DNA from: Costertonia aggregata
GTDB lineage: Bacteria; Bacteroidota; Bacteroidia; Flavobacteriales; Flavobacteriaceae
Assembly: GCF_013402795.1 (NCBI RefSeq)
Contig: NZ_CP058595.1
Span: forward strand, 2,077,848 to 2,141,847
Direction of reading: 5' to 3'
DNA length: 64,000 nt
The translations under genes were made by a program, and so were the position numbers. This document shows, piece after piece, positions 21,884-31,286 of the stretch; position 1 is the stretch's first letter; each line of letters opens with the position of its first letter. The notes under the pieces are model-generated. The model was not told where the DNA came from and did no database searches. It saw nothing but the letters and a program-made list of their open reading frames with translations.

Positions 21884-22453
21884 GTTATATCGTTAAGTCG
21901 TTTTCTTCTTTAAGCAAAGAGCCTTTTTCGAGAAGATTAGCTATAATCAAAATAAGTATTGCTAATATCATTAAAGGAAACCATTTTGATAAAATACCAG
22001 AGACATGGCCTATAAAATGTCCTAAGAAATAACCAGATTGATAGGCTATACTTCTATTTTCAACTACTTTATAATCACTAAGTAAATCGTAACTCAGAGC
22101 GAAATCAAAGATAATGGCGATAATTGAAAAGATAGATATTCCTTTTCCAATAGTGCGCAGCGATTTCGTATTTTCCCTTGCAAAACTTCCTGCCTAGAAA
22201 ATTCATTTGCTATTACCCACAATTTTAAAAGATTGAACAGGAGAAAAGCGATAGCCAAACTAATTATAAGTAGTATTGTCATCAACCAAGTATCGGATAA
22301 TTGTTCTGGTAGTTTCAAACCTATAATTTGGCTTGTATCAAATTTACCTTTTAATAAATAGGCGTATATTTTACCAAATACCAATAATAACTGAATACCT
22401 ACAAAAAAAATAAAACCACTTATTAGCCATTTAAACAATCGAGAAAGTTTCAT
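21884..22453 (-). pseudogene. DUF2975-type membrane protein gene disrupted by a frameshift near 22195-22215. Frame A covers 22094-22453 and frame B covers 21884-22193.
   Basis: The ATG ORF (MKLSRLFKWLISGFIFFVGIQLL..., TM-rich) ends at 22094. The -1 frame continues from 22193 (AGSFARENTKSLRTIGKGISIFSIIAI...ILAILILIIANLL) to a TAA. That TAA abuts the HTH start within the string ATATAACATGG. The second part carries the F..EN..RL..IG motif I associate with DUF2975. Confidence 0.5.
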
Positions 22454-22504
22454 AATTATTTTATATTTATTATTGTTTAACAATAATAAATATAAAATAA
22501 TTAT
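22452..22504. repeat. perfect 26-bp inverted repeat with a 1-nt spacer, AT-only apart from one G/C pair per arm (ATAATTATTTTATATTTATTATTGTT t AACAATAATAAATATAAAATAATTAT). It overlaps the start codon of the DUF2975 gene.
   Basis: Read directly from the sequence. The arms are at 22452-22477 and 22479-22504. Confidence 0.6.
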
Positions 22505-23162
22505 TGAAAAACAATAATTAAATATCTAAAAAAGATAATTGGTTAGTTGGCTTTCAACTATTCCCTTTTCTTTCAATACTTTTTGGTAGAAATTTTGCTT
22601 TCATTTTCGTTTAAATAAATAGAACGGGATAGATTAGTCTGCCAAAACTATTTTTGTAGATGTATTGCTTAAAAAAAGTTTGCTATCGCCCCCCTGATTT
22701 TATGTGTGATAAATAAGTATATCCACATGCATGACAAGAATATTTATGAGAACATGGATCTCCTCGATTTAACATTAACTACCATATATCTAAAGAGCTG
22801 GCAAACACAATACAAATTAATACTAATCTTGCCATGATTACTTTTCATTATGTATTCATATGTTAGTCTGATTCTATTCAGTACATTTTTTTGGCTGTAT
22901 GTCACTATATTATCTTGAGTATTTTTATTGTTTGACGATTGCACGAAGTTCTGCCCATTCTAACTATCAAAGTGTCGGCCATTATATGGCGAAGTCTCAG
23001 TGGTCACTTTATAGTGTACAAAATTCCTAGAAATTTGTATAGGTGTTGGTTTGCATAGCTGCTGAGGCGAAAAACACTTCGAGAATGTGTAAAATAAAAT
23101 TTATGATGTTTTTTGTACCTAGCGAAAAACTATTTAAAACAGGATAATGTTACATTTGCCAA

Positions 23163-24317
23163 ATGCAGGATTTACCAGAAAAGCTAAATCAAAAATTAAA
23201 GGATAGAGCTGCTGAAAACGCAATTCGTCAGTTGCCAAAAAACTTTGGCTTGATAGATTTTTCGTCCAATGATTATTTGGGGTATGCCAAAAATGAAACC
23301 ATATATTCCGATACTTTTCAATTACTTTTGAAAAAGGGAGTCCATCAAAATGGGGCCACTGGGTCACGTCTATTGTCGGGGAACCATGATTTATACGTGC
23401 ATTTAGAAGAGTTTTTACAACATTTTCACAATAGCAAGAGTGCTTTGGTCTTTAATTCGGGATATGATGCCAATATTGGTTTTTTTGGCGCAGTTCCCCA
23501 ACGGGGAGATTTCATTTTGTACGATGAGTACATACATGCCAGTATACGTGACGGCATACAAATGAGTCACGCAAAACATTACAAGTTCAAGCATAATCAT
23601 ATAGAAGACTTAAAAAAGGGGATTGAACGTTGCGAAAATATCTCGGCATCGAACGCGAATATTTACGTAGTGACAGAATCCGTTTTTTCAATGGATGGGG
23701 ATTCCCCGGATTTGAAAGCGTTGGTAAAGATTTGCGAAGAGTGCCAATGTCATTTAGTTGTTGACGAGGCGCATGCCGTGGGAGTCTACGGAAAAAAAGG
23801 GGAAGGTTTGGTACAGCAATTGGGTCTGGAAAATAAAATTTTCACTAGGATAATTACCTTTGGGAAGGCTATAGGCTGCCACGGTGCGGCTATCTTGGGC
23901 AGTAAAGCTTTGAAAGATTATTTGGTGAATTTTGCCCGTAGCTTAATATATACAACGGGTTTGTCGCCACACTCCATAGCTACCGTTCATGCTGCTTATT
24001 CGTATATGAAAAAATGCGAGGGGCACGATCAAGAACTACTCTTGGGCAACATCGATTTTTTTCATAAAAAAGTAAAAAAATTGGGTTTAACGAAGCATTT
24101 TGTAACAAGTTCGTCCGCTATACAAAGTTGTATTGTTCCCGGTAATGATACGGTAAAATCCATATCCCGAAAATTGATACAAAAAGGTTTTGACGTGAAG
24201 GCCATTTTGTATCCTACCGTACCTAAAGGCCAGGAACGCTTGCGTTTTTGCTTGCATAGCTATAATTCAAAAGAGGAAATCGGGTTGGTTTTAGAGTTAT
24301 TGTCCGCTTATATTTAA
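23163..24317 (+). CDS. bioF: 8-amino-7-oxononanoate synthase
   Basis: Class-II aminotransferase fold. The PLP-Lys region motif is present in context. The bio-gene neighbourhood. Confidence 0.88.
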   Translation: MQDLPEKLNQKLKDRAAENAIRQLPKNFGLIDFSSNDYLGYAKNETIYSDTFQLLLKKGVHQNGATGSRLLSGNHDLYVHLEEFLQHFHNSKSALVFNSGYDANIGFFGAVPQRGDFILYDEYIHASIRDGIQMSHAKHYKFKHNHIEDLKKGIERCENISASNANIYVVTESVFSMDGDSPDLKALVKICEECQCHLVVDEAHAVGVYGKKGEGLVQQLGLENKIFTRIITFGKAIGCHGAAILGSKALKDYLVNFARSLIYTTGLSPHSIATVHAAYSYMKKCEGHDQELLLGNIDFFHKKVKKLGLTKHFVTSSSAIQSCIVPGNDTVKSISRKLIQKGFDVKAILYPTVPKGQERLRFCLHSYNSKEEIGLVLELLSAYI

Positions 24318-24319
24318 AA

Positions 24320-24703
24320 ATGAAACAGAAATTCTACACACTAGCTTCCTTTGAATATGTTGCCGATGTGCAGATCGTGAAAGGTAAATTGGAGTCAGAA
24401 GGCATTTCTGTTTTTCTAAGGGACGAGAACACACTCAATTCGGACCCATTGATAAGCAATGCCATTGGTGGGGTAAAATTACAGGTATATATCGAGGATA
24501 AGGAAAAAGCCGTTGCGGTCTATGATGAAATTAGGGCGTATGCCCAAGATGAAAATGGTAATCCTGTGGTATGTCCCAATTGTAAGTCGCAAAAATCAGA
24601 GGCTTATTATGTGAGAAAGGGAATTTTTTACAAGCTTTTCCCTTTTTTTGAGCCAAGAAAATACAAATGCTTAAATTGTGGTATAATCACAAAACCAGAA
24701 TAA
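24320..24703 (+). CDS. DUF2007-like (putative signal-transducing) domain protein with a C-terminal CxxC...CxxC zinc ribbon
   Basis: The N-terminus resembles DUF2007. CPNCKS...CLNCG zinc ribbon. A 2-nt gap on each side to bioF and bioD indicates translational coupling. Confidence 0.6.
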   Translation: MKQKFYTLASFEYVADVQIVKGKLESEGISVFLRDENTLNSDPLISNAIGGVKLQVYIEDKEKAVAVYDEIRAYAQDENGNPVVCPNCKSQKSEAYYVRKGIFYKLFPFFEPRKYKCLNCGIITKPE

Positions 24704-24704
24704 A

Positions 24705-25322
24705 ATGCAGCAGATTTTCGTTACCGGAATTTCTACCGATGTAGGCAAAACCATCGCTTCGGCGATATTTACCGAAGCTTTGGAAGCTGATTATTGGAAG
24801 CCCGTTCAAGCTGGAGATTTAGAAAATTCCGATAGCCATAAAGTTGCCGATTTAATTTCCAACTCGCGAACGGTCATCCATAAAAATAGTTATGCCCTAA
24901 CACAACCAATGAGTCCCCATGCCGCTGCTGAAATTGATGGTATTCACATAGATACTTCAAAAATCGTTGAACCAGATACAAAAAACCATTTGATCATTGA
25001 AGGTGCGGGCGGACTTTTAGTCCCCCTGAACGACTCGGATACGATATTGGACATTGTTATGCCCAATTATAAAGTTGTTGTGGTCTCCAGGCATTATTTG
25101 GGCAGTATCAACCACTCCCTTTTGACCATAAACTGGTTAAAACAAAAAGGGTATGATGTGTCCGTACTGTTTAGTGGAGTTTCAAATCCTCATACCGAAC
25201 AAATTATTTTACATAAAACAGGGGTTTCTCTTATCGGAAGGATAGATGAAGAGGCGAATTTTGACAAAGCGGTCATAAAAAAATACGCCGATAAATTCAA
25301 ACATATTTTAGAGACCCTCTAA
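24705..25322 (+). CDS. bioD: dethiobiotin synthetase
   Basis: FVTGISTDVGKT P-loop. 205 aa. Confidence 0.9.
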   Translation: MQQIFVTGISTDVGKTIASAIFTEALEADYWKPVQAGDLENSDSHKVADLISNSRTVIHKNSYALTQPMSPHAAAEIDGIHIDTSKIVEPDTKNHLIIEGAGGLLVPLNDSDTILDIVMPNYKVVVVSRHYLGSINHSLLTINWLKQKGYDVSVLFSGVSNPHTEQIILHKTGVSLIGRIDEEANFDKAVIKKYADKFKHILETL

Positions 25323-26801
25323 CCTTTGGTAAATATCCGCTTTTTCAACCGTGGTTAAAATCTCGTAGTGTTTTTCAAGATAAGTATTGATGTATGCATT
25401 TTCTTGTACCAGGTCCAAGTCAAAAATAGATCGGTTGCTTCTACCCACGATTGTTTTTGGCCTTAATTCCTCTAAAATATACTTCAATTCTTCCATAGAG
25501 GTTTTTCTGGGGTTATCGTAGAATTTGAACATTTCGTCCTTACAGATATTGCTGGGATGCGTTGCCGCTTTTGTAGGAGGGTTTACTCCCAGTACCCAAT
25601 ACCCGATATGGTATTCCAAGAACAAGATATGGGAGGTATCCAATTTGTTGTTTTTAATATAAGCAGGGACCGATATCCCCTCACCGTTATAAAAAGTTCC
25701 CCTTTCCCATTTATTTTTGATAATATTACCGTATTCCAGATAAGCTTCGACCGGTAACAAAATCAAGACCAAAAAAGCTATTTTTTTATAATCGACTTTT
25801 TGGATAAAACTTAATTGACCCAAAACTATTGCCACTAAAACAATTAGAATAGGGTGAAGTTGAATCAAATAATGTCCGTTTACCCTTCCCCCTTTTACAA
25901 AGGAAAGCACCACGCCTATGATGGATACTAATAATAGTTGAACGACAATATTTTTAAAGTCGATATATTTTTTTTTCCATGCAACAAGAAAAAAAACTGT
26001 CAAAACAAGTATTAAGGGAGCCATTTTAAAAATGGAATAACGTCTGGCATTGGCATATTCTAATGGGGCTTGTACGACGGATTTCCACCATAAGTCAGAG
26101 ATACCCTGAAAATAATAGGGCAGAATCGTAAGCCCTATAATCAATAAAATTCCAAAACCGTAGGCAGAGGTGTGTAAAAAACCATCAACGTATTTTTTTT
26201 CCCTTACGTATGAGTATATGAGATATAGGCCGATGAACAATATGGCATATGCCATATTGAGTTTTACCATAACAGATACCCCCAAAAGCAATCCGGTGCA
26301 AAATACGGTAAAAAAAGTATGTTTTTTCGTAAGTAGGTATAGAGCAGGCATAAAAAACGCCATAGTGATATGTTCGCTCATTACGCCTTGCAAACTGCCA
26401 AATGAGCTTTGTAAAAAAACACTGAATATGGCTGCCCAAAATGCAACTTTTTTTGAGGTTAAACCTGCTGTTATCCGGTACGTAAAAAAGGAGCTGATCA
26501 CCACTAGAAGTGTCCCAAAAAAACGTACGGCGAAAATACTCTTTCCAAAAACCGAAATAATACTGGCAAAAAACAGGAAGGTCAGCGGTGGCTTTACATC
26601 CCAAAGCTCCGTGAAAGGTAAATGCCCGTTTACCCAAGATTGGGCCACCAATATAAAAGTACTCTCGTCGCGGTCTACATAATCCCTAAAAAAAAATGGG
26701 AAGCGTACCATTAATGCAACAATACATAAAATAAGGAAAACCCTTGTCAACCTTAGTTTTCCATAGTCGGGTGTCAATGATTTTATAAGGTTGTTCAGCA
26801 T
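25308..26801 (-). CDS. glycosyltransferase family 39/83-like polytopic membrane protein (ArnT/PMT-type polyprenyl-phosphate-sugar-dependent transferase)
   Basis: About 12 TM helices. An N-terminal ...DRDESTF...W...G...PF..E...DVKPPL block typical of ArnT/PMT family members. A 15-bp convergent overlap with bioD. Confidence 0.65.
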   Translation of the reverse strand: MLNNLIKSLTPDYGKLRLTRVFLILCIVALMVRFPFFFRDYVDRDESTFILVAQSWVNGHLPFTELWDVKPPLTFLFFASIISVFGKSIFAVRFFGTLLVVISSFFTYRITAGLTSKKVAFWAAIFSVFLQSSFGSLQGVMSEHITMAFFMPALYLLTKKHTFFTVFCTGLLLGVSVMVKLNMAYAILFIGLYLIYSYVREKKYVDGFLHTSAYGFGILLIIGLTILPYYFQGISDLWWKSVVQAPLEYANARRYSIFKMAPLILVLTVFFLVAWKKKYIDFKNIVVQLLLVSIIGVVLSFVKGGRVNGHYLIQLHPILIVLVAIVLGQLSFIQKVDYKKIAFLVLILLPVEAYLEYGNIIKNKWERGTFYNGEGISVPAYIKNNKLDTSHILFLEYHIGYWVLGVNPPTKAATHPSNICKDEMFKFYDNPRKTSMEELKYILEELRPKTIVGRSNRSIFDLDLVQENAYINTYLEKHYEILTTVEKADIYQRLEGL

Positions 26802-26867
26802 TGATTTTGAGATGAATTGCCCATCTTTGCAAGATAGAGAAAACCAAGCTCATCAAAATAATCTGAT

Positions 26868-28136
26868 TTGGAAAATCTTTCTAAAAGAGATAAAAAGCAT
26901 TTATGGCATCCGTTGACCCAACACCAAACGGCCAATCCCCCCATTGCTATTGTAAAAGCAAAAGACGCTTTGCTCTGGGATGAACAAGGTAACGAATATA
27001 TAGATGGTATCGCATCTTGGTACACCGCCATGTATGGGCATTGTAACGATTATATCGTTGAAGCCATGCAAAAACAAATGCAAACGTTGGACTTTGTTAT
27101 GTTTAGTGGCTTTACCCATAAGCCTGCTGTGGAACTTTCCGAAAAATTAATGGAAATCCTGCCCATAAATCAATCCAAGATTTTTTTTAATGACAATGGT
27201 TCTACCGCAATTGAAGCAGCTATAAAAATGGCTTTACAATATTATCATAACAAAGGCGATAAAAGAGATACTCTTATTGCTTTTGAAGATGGTTTTCACG
27301 GCGATACGTTCGGTGCCATGAGTGCTTCGGGGTTATCGTCGTACAACGGGCCTTTTGAGGATTTTTTATTGAAAGTAAAACGTATACCTGTTCCACAAGA
27401 TGATACTATAGAAGAGATATCGGCACAATTAAGAAAAATTCTTGATACCCACGATTGTGCGGCATTCGTTTTTGAACCACTGGTCCAGGGTGCGGCAGGG
27501 ATGAAATTTCATTCGGCAAAAGGTCTTGATGCACTTATCAAAATATGTAAAATCACTGATGTTCTTTGCATCGCCGATGAGATTATGACCGGTTTTGGTA
27601 AAACAGGTAAAAATTTTGCAAGTGATCATTTAGAAAACAAACCGGATATCATTTGTTTGAGCAAGGCACTAACGGCAGGTATGTTTCCCTTGAGTATTAC
27701 CAGTTGTTCCCAAACTGTTTTTGATGCCTTTTTGAGCGATACCGTGTCAAAGGGTTTTTTTCACGCACATACCTTTAGTGCGCACCCTTTAGGTTGTGTC
27801 GCGGCTCTAGCAGGCATTCAACTTTTATCGTCTCCTGAAATTTTGCATAGGAGAAATTACATAGAAAAAGCCCATACAGAATTCGCATCTAGTATCGCTA
27901 ACCATTATAAGGTAGAGCATGTGCGCTGTTTGGGAGCCATATTGGCCATTGATTTGGATGTAAAAATGGATAGATATGGTGGTTTACGAGATAAGCTATA
28001 TCAATTTTTTATGGACAAAGGAGTTGTTTTACGCCCCTTGGGAAATACCATTTATGTATTGCCACCCTATACGATTACAAATGCCCAATTACAGAAAATC
28101 TATGATACTATCGTAAAGGCGATAGAAGTTTTCTAG
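26868..28136 (+). CDS. bioA: adenosylmethionine--8-amino-7-oxononanoate transaminase
   Basis: HLWHP motif. Class-III aminotransferase fold. A FGKTG-type PLP-Lys block. Confidence 0.92.
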   Translation: MENLSKRDKKHLWHPLTQHQTANPPIAIVKAKDALLWDEQGNEYIDGIASWYTAMYGHCNDYIVEAMQKQMQTLDFVMFSGFTHKPAVELSEKLMEILPINQSKIFFNDNGSTAIEAAIKMALQYYHNKGDKRDTLIAFEDGFHGDTFGAMSASGLSSYNGPFEDFLLKVKRIPVPQDDTIEEISAQLRKILDTHDCAAFVFEPLVQGAAGMKFHSAKGLDALIKICKITDVLCIADEIMTGFGKTGKNFASDHLENKPDIICLSKALTAGMFPLSITSCSQTVFDAFLSDTVSKGFFHAHTFSAHPLGCVAALAGIQLLSSPEILHRRNYIEKAHTEFASSIANHYKVEHVRCLGAILAIDLDVKMDRYGGLRDKLYQFFMDKGVVLRPLGNTIYVLPPYTITNAQLQKIYDTIVKAIEVF

Positions 28137-28199
28137 TCATTTTGGCCCTTGGCCAAAGAATACCTGCCTTTCAATTTCATCTTGGCTACTCTAGTTTTA

Positions 28200-28946
28200 T
28201 TAAAGCCTTACATTGTCACGATGTGCTTTTCGTATCAAGTATAAATCGTACCATAACCTAAAAAAATAAGAAAGCCTTACTTTAGATTCGCCACGGTTTA
28301 TCCACCGCTTTACAGGTATTTCCTCCATTTTTTCCAAAGCGGCCTCTTTTCCAAAATGACCTAGCATTCTGCTAAAGAGTTCAACATCAAAAAGCCATTT
28401 GGATATAAAGGGTTTTTCGAACATAATTTGGGTGAGTTCGGTTTTGAAAACCTTGCATCCACATTGCGTATCGTACACTTTAATTTCGAGAATATTGGAA
28501 ATAAAAGTTGCGATGATGCGACCAAAGAGAAATCGTGAAAATTTACGCTCCACTACAGAACCTATTTTCAAGATTCGCGACGCAAAGACAAAGTGTTTTT
28601 TAGCAGTGAGAAAATCCAAATACGAATAACATTCCTCTAGCGAGGTAGCTAAGTCGGCATCCAAATATCCTAAAACCGGGGCTATTTGGTTCTTTGAGCA
28701 GTATAGAACACCTTTTTGTACCGATGCTGCTTTTCCCAAATTACCGGTATTGGATAGCACGGAAACCTGATTTGGAAAATCAATTGAAAACCCGTTCAAC
28801 AAGTTTAATGTGTCATCGTCAGAAGCGTCGTTCACGAAACAGATATGTGCATTTGGGAAATTGCCCAAAAATTTTTTGAACTCTGTTTTCGGTAGTCGTG
28901 TAAACTCATTATAACAGGGGACGACAATGGCGATTTTGGGCTGCAT
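28200..28946 (-). CDS. glycosyltransferase family 2 (polyprenyl-phosphate sugar synthase, DPM1/ArnC-like)
   Basis: IAIVVPCYNE...DDASDD(D) GT-A DxD region. Confidence 0.78.
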   Translation of the reverse strand: MQPKIAIVVPCYNEFTRLPKTEFKKFLGNFPNAHICFVNDASDDDTLNLLNGFSIDFPNQVSVLSNTGNLGKAASVQKGVLYCSKNQIAPVLGYLDADLATSLEECYSYLDFLTAKKHFVFASRILKIGSVVERKFSRFLFGRIIATFISNILEIKVYDTQCGCKVFKTELTQIMFEKPFISKWLFDVELFSRMLGHFGKEAALEKMEEIPVKRWINRGESKVRLSYFFRLWYDLYLIRKAHRDNVRL

Positions 28947-28949
28947 GTA

Positions 28950-29435
28950 TTATTCTACGGGATATTTTTCCAGTAAATCTACATTTTCTTCGCTAACTTC
29001 GACCCTTATCTCTTTATAATCCCAAGTGTCGCCTTCCCCGGTTGCATCAATATAAAGTATGCCTGTTCTTTTTGGCCCTGCAATAGGAATGGTCATTTTT
29101 GCATTTTTGTCCCCATTTGTCCAATTAATGTTACCTTGTACCATCCCATCTTTTTCAATGGGGGAACCCAACAATTCAATCATTTGTTCATCTTGGTTTA
29201 TAAGTTCAAAGGCATATTCGTATGGTTGTGAATCTTCCAAAATTTTGGTTACGCCAAAAAACAGAGAAGCAAAGAAAACTATAAAAATCACAATAAGGGT
29301 AAGACATCCACCTAGGGGAACCACCCATTTCCAATTACGTTTCCACCAGCTGGGTTGGGGCACTAATTCATTGTTCATTGTTTTTGGTTTGATTTGTACT
29401 CCATGAAGATAAGAACTTTTATTTTTGCTGAACAT
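28950..29435 (-). CDS. single-pass membrane protein, hypothetical (Coa1-like fold possible). A start at an internal Met is possible.
   Basis: One TM helix (VVPLGGCLTLIVIFIVFFASLFFG). It lies 3 bp upstream of the GT2 gene on the same strand. Confidence 0.4.
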   Translation of the reverse strand: MFSKNKSSYLHGVQIKPKTMNNELVPQPSWWKRNWKWVVPLGGCLTLIVIFIVFFASLFFGVTKILEDSQPYEYAFELINQDEQMIELLGSPIEKDGMVQGNINWTNGDKNAKMTIPIAGPKRTGILYIDATGEGDTWDYKEIRVEVSEENVDLLEKYPVE

Positions 29436-29446
29436 ACAATCGCATT

Positions 29447-30643
29447 TTGAACCTACATATTTCCATTACCGCAATATCTTCTATTTCATCTTTAGGCGCG
29501 TCGCTTCAAGAAACATGGAAAAACTATCAAACCAACAATCATTTTTTGGTTCCAAGGACATTTAACGGGAAAAAGGTTTTTGTATCGGAACTTTCCAAAA
29601 GTGTTGAAAATAAGGTAGGTGAACTAAAGGCATCGGATACAAAATACAAAAGCCTTGATAATTCCGTTTTATATGCAATTTTGGTTTCAAGACATGCCAT
29701 GGGACAGGCCGGTTGGGATGATGGTAACAACATAGGGATCAATATTGGTTCTTCTCGCGGGGCTACTTCACTGTTTGAAAAATATCATAAGATATTTCTT
29801 CAAGATAAGAACGCACCTACGCTGACATCGCCGACCACTACATTGGGTAATATCTCATCTTGGGTGGCACATGATTTGCAGACAAGTGGGCCAGATATTT
29901 CACATTCCATTACCTGTTCCACAGCGTTACATGCTTTATTGAACGGTGTGGCATGGCTCAAAGGCGGTATGGCGGACAAATTTTTGGTAGGCGGCAGTGA
30001 AGCACCGTTAACACCTTTTACCATAGCTCAAATGCAGGCATTAAAGGTGTATGCAAAGTTTGATGAATCGGTAACTGGACAAACAGGTATAGCATATGGC
30101 CAAAGATACCCTTGCTTGGCTTTGGATTTAAATAAATCGCAAAACACCATGGTCTTGGGTGAGGGTGCTTCGGTAGCCTGTCTAGAAAAAGGGGTTTCAA
30201 AAAATGCCTTGGCGGTTATCGAGGGTATCGGTTATGCGACCGAACCCTTGGAACATAATGTCTCTATTTCTACCGATGCACAATGTTTTCAACGTTCTAT
30301 GAAAATGGCTTTAGGCACTATTGACCCTGCTGAAATTGATGTTATTGTAATGCATGCCCCGGGTACCGTTAAAGGTGATGCCGCCGAATATGCTGCCATA
30401 AAAAAAGTTTTTTGTAACAAACTTCCTTTTTTGACTACCAATAAATGGAAAGTGGGCCATACCTTTGGCGCATCGGGCATGTTGAGCGTAGAGTTGGCCA
30501 TTTTGATGCTGCAACACCAACAACCCGTAAAAGTCCCTTTTTTAACCTACGATCATATACCTGATAAAATTCGCAAAATAGTAGTCAACGCCGTAGGTTT
30601 TGGAGGAAATGCCGTGAGTGTTTTACTTTCTAAAGTAGGATGA
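29447..30643 (+). CDS. beta-ketoacyl-[ACP] synthase, FabB/FabF (KAS I/II) type
   Basis: Cys-His-His triad candidates: ITCSTALH (Cys), MHAPGT (His), KVGHTFGASG (His). 398 aa. Confidence 0.85.
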   Translation: MNLHISITAISSISSLGASLQETWKNYQTNNHFLVPRTFNGKKVFVSELSKSVENKVGELKASDTKYKSLDNSVLYAILVSRHAMGQAGWDDGNNIGINIGSSRGATSLFEKYHKIFLQDKNAPTLTSPTTTLGNISSWVAHDLQTSGPDISHSITCSTALHALLNGVAWLKGGMADKFLVGGSEAPLTPFTIAQMQALKVYAKFDESVTGQTGIAYGQRYPCLALDLNKSQNTMVLGEGASVACLEKGVSKNALAVIEGIGYATEPLEHNVSISTDAQCFQRSMKMALGTIDPAEIDVIVMHAPGTVKGDAAEYAAIKKVFCNKLPFLTTNKWKVGHTFGASGMLSVELAILMLQHQQPVKVPFLTYDHIPDKIRKIVVNAVGFGGNAVSVLLSKVG

Positions 30644-30703
30644 ATACCGTCCTAGAATCATATTAAAGTAGTATATTTCGTTAACCAACCTAAACCTATA
30701 AAT

Positions 30704-31282
30704 ATGGAACAATGGTTTGCCGCTTTGCCACTTTTTGAAAAAATTTATTGGCTCGTTGCGCTGATTTCTTCCGCAATTTTCCTTGTATTGATAATCATGA
30801 CACTTGTTGGCGGAGACGCCGATGATTTGGGCGGGGATGTAGATGTTGAGATAGAAAGCGATACGGGAATCGGGTTTCAATTTCTCTCTTTTAAAAACCT
30901 CATGGGGTTTTTGACCATATTTGGCTGGTCGGGCATTGCTTGCTTGGATGCCGGCCTGTCCAAAGGACTTACCGCTATCATATCGATTATTTGTGGACTT
31001 TTAATGATGACGGCGATGGCTGCATTATTTTATTATTTGGCAAAATTGCAGAGCAGCGGAACGTTGAAGCTAAAGAACGCCGTAAATCAAATAGGGGAAG
31101 TATACCTTACCATTGGGGCCAACCGCTCCTCGATAGGGAAAGTAAGTATAAATGTACAGGGAACACTGCGGGAACTCGAAGCCCTGACCGATGAAAATAT
31201 AGACCTAGTACAAAGCAATGTGGTCAAGGTCAAGGAAATTACAGCTAACGGAATATTGATTGTTGAACTCTTAAATAAATAA
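30704..31282 (+). CDS. NfeD-family membrane protein (partner of flotillin)
   Basis: N-terminal TM helices plus a C-terminal OB-like soluble domain. It lies immediately upstream of the flotillin gene. Confidence 0.7.
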   Translation: MEQWFAALPLFEKIYWLVALISSAIFLVLIIMTLVGGDADDLGGDVDVEIESDTGIGFQFLSFKNLMGFLTIFGWSGIACLDAGLSKGLTAIISIICGLLMMTAMAALFYYLAKLQSSGTLKLKNAVNQIGEVYLTIGANRSSIGKVSINVQGTLRELEALTDENIDLVQSNVVKVKEITANGILIVELLNK

Positions 31283-31286
31283 CTAA

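Noticed and set aside
22744-22944. 66-aa ORF inside the long non-coding region
   Set aside because: It has AT-rich low-complexity translation, no recognisable domain and no RBS-like context. It is treated as non-coding.
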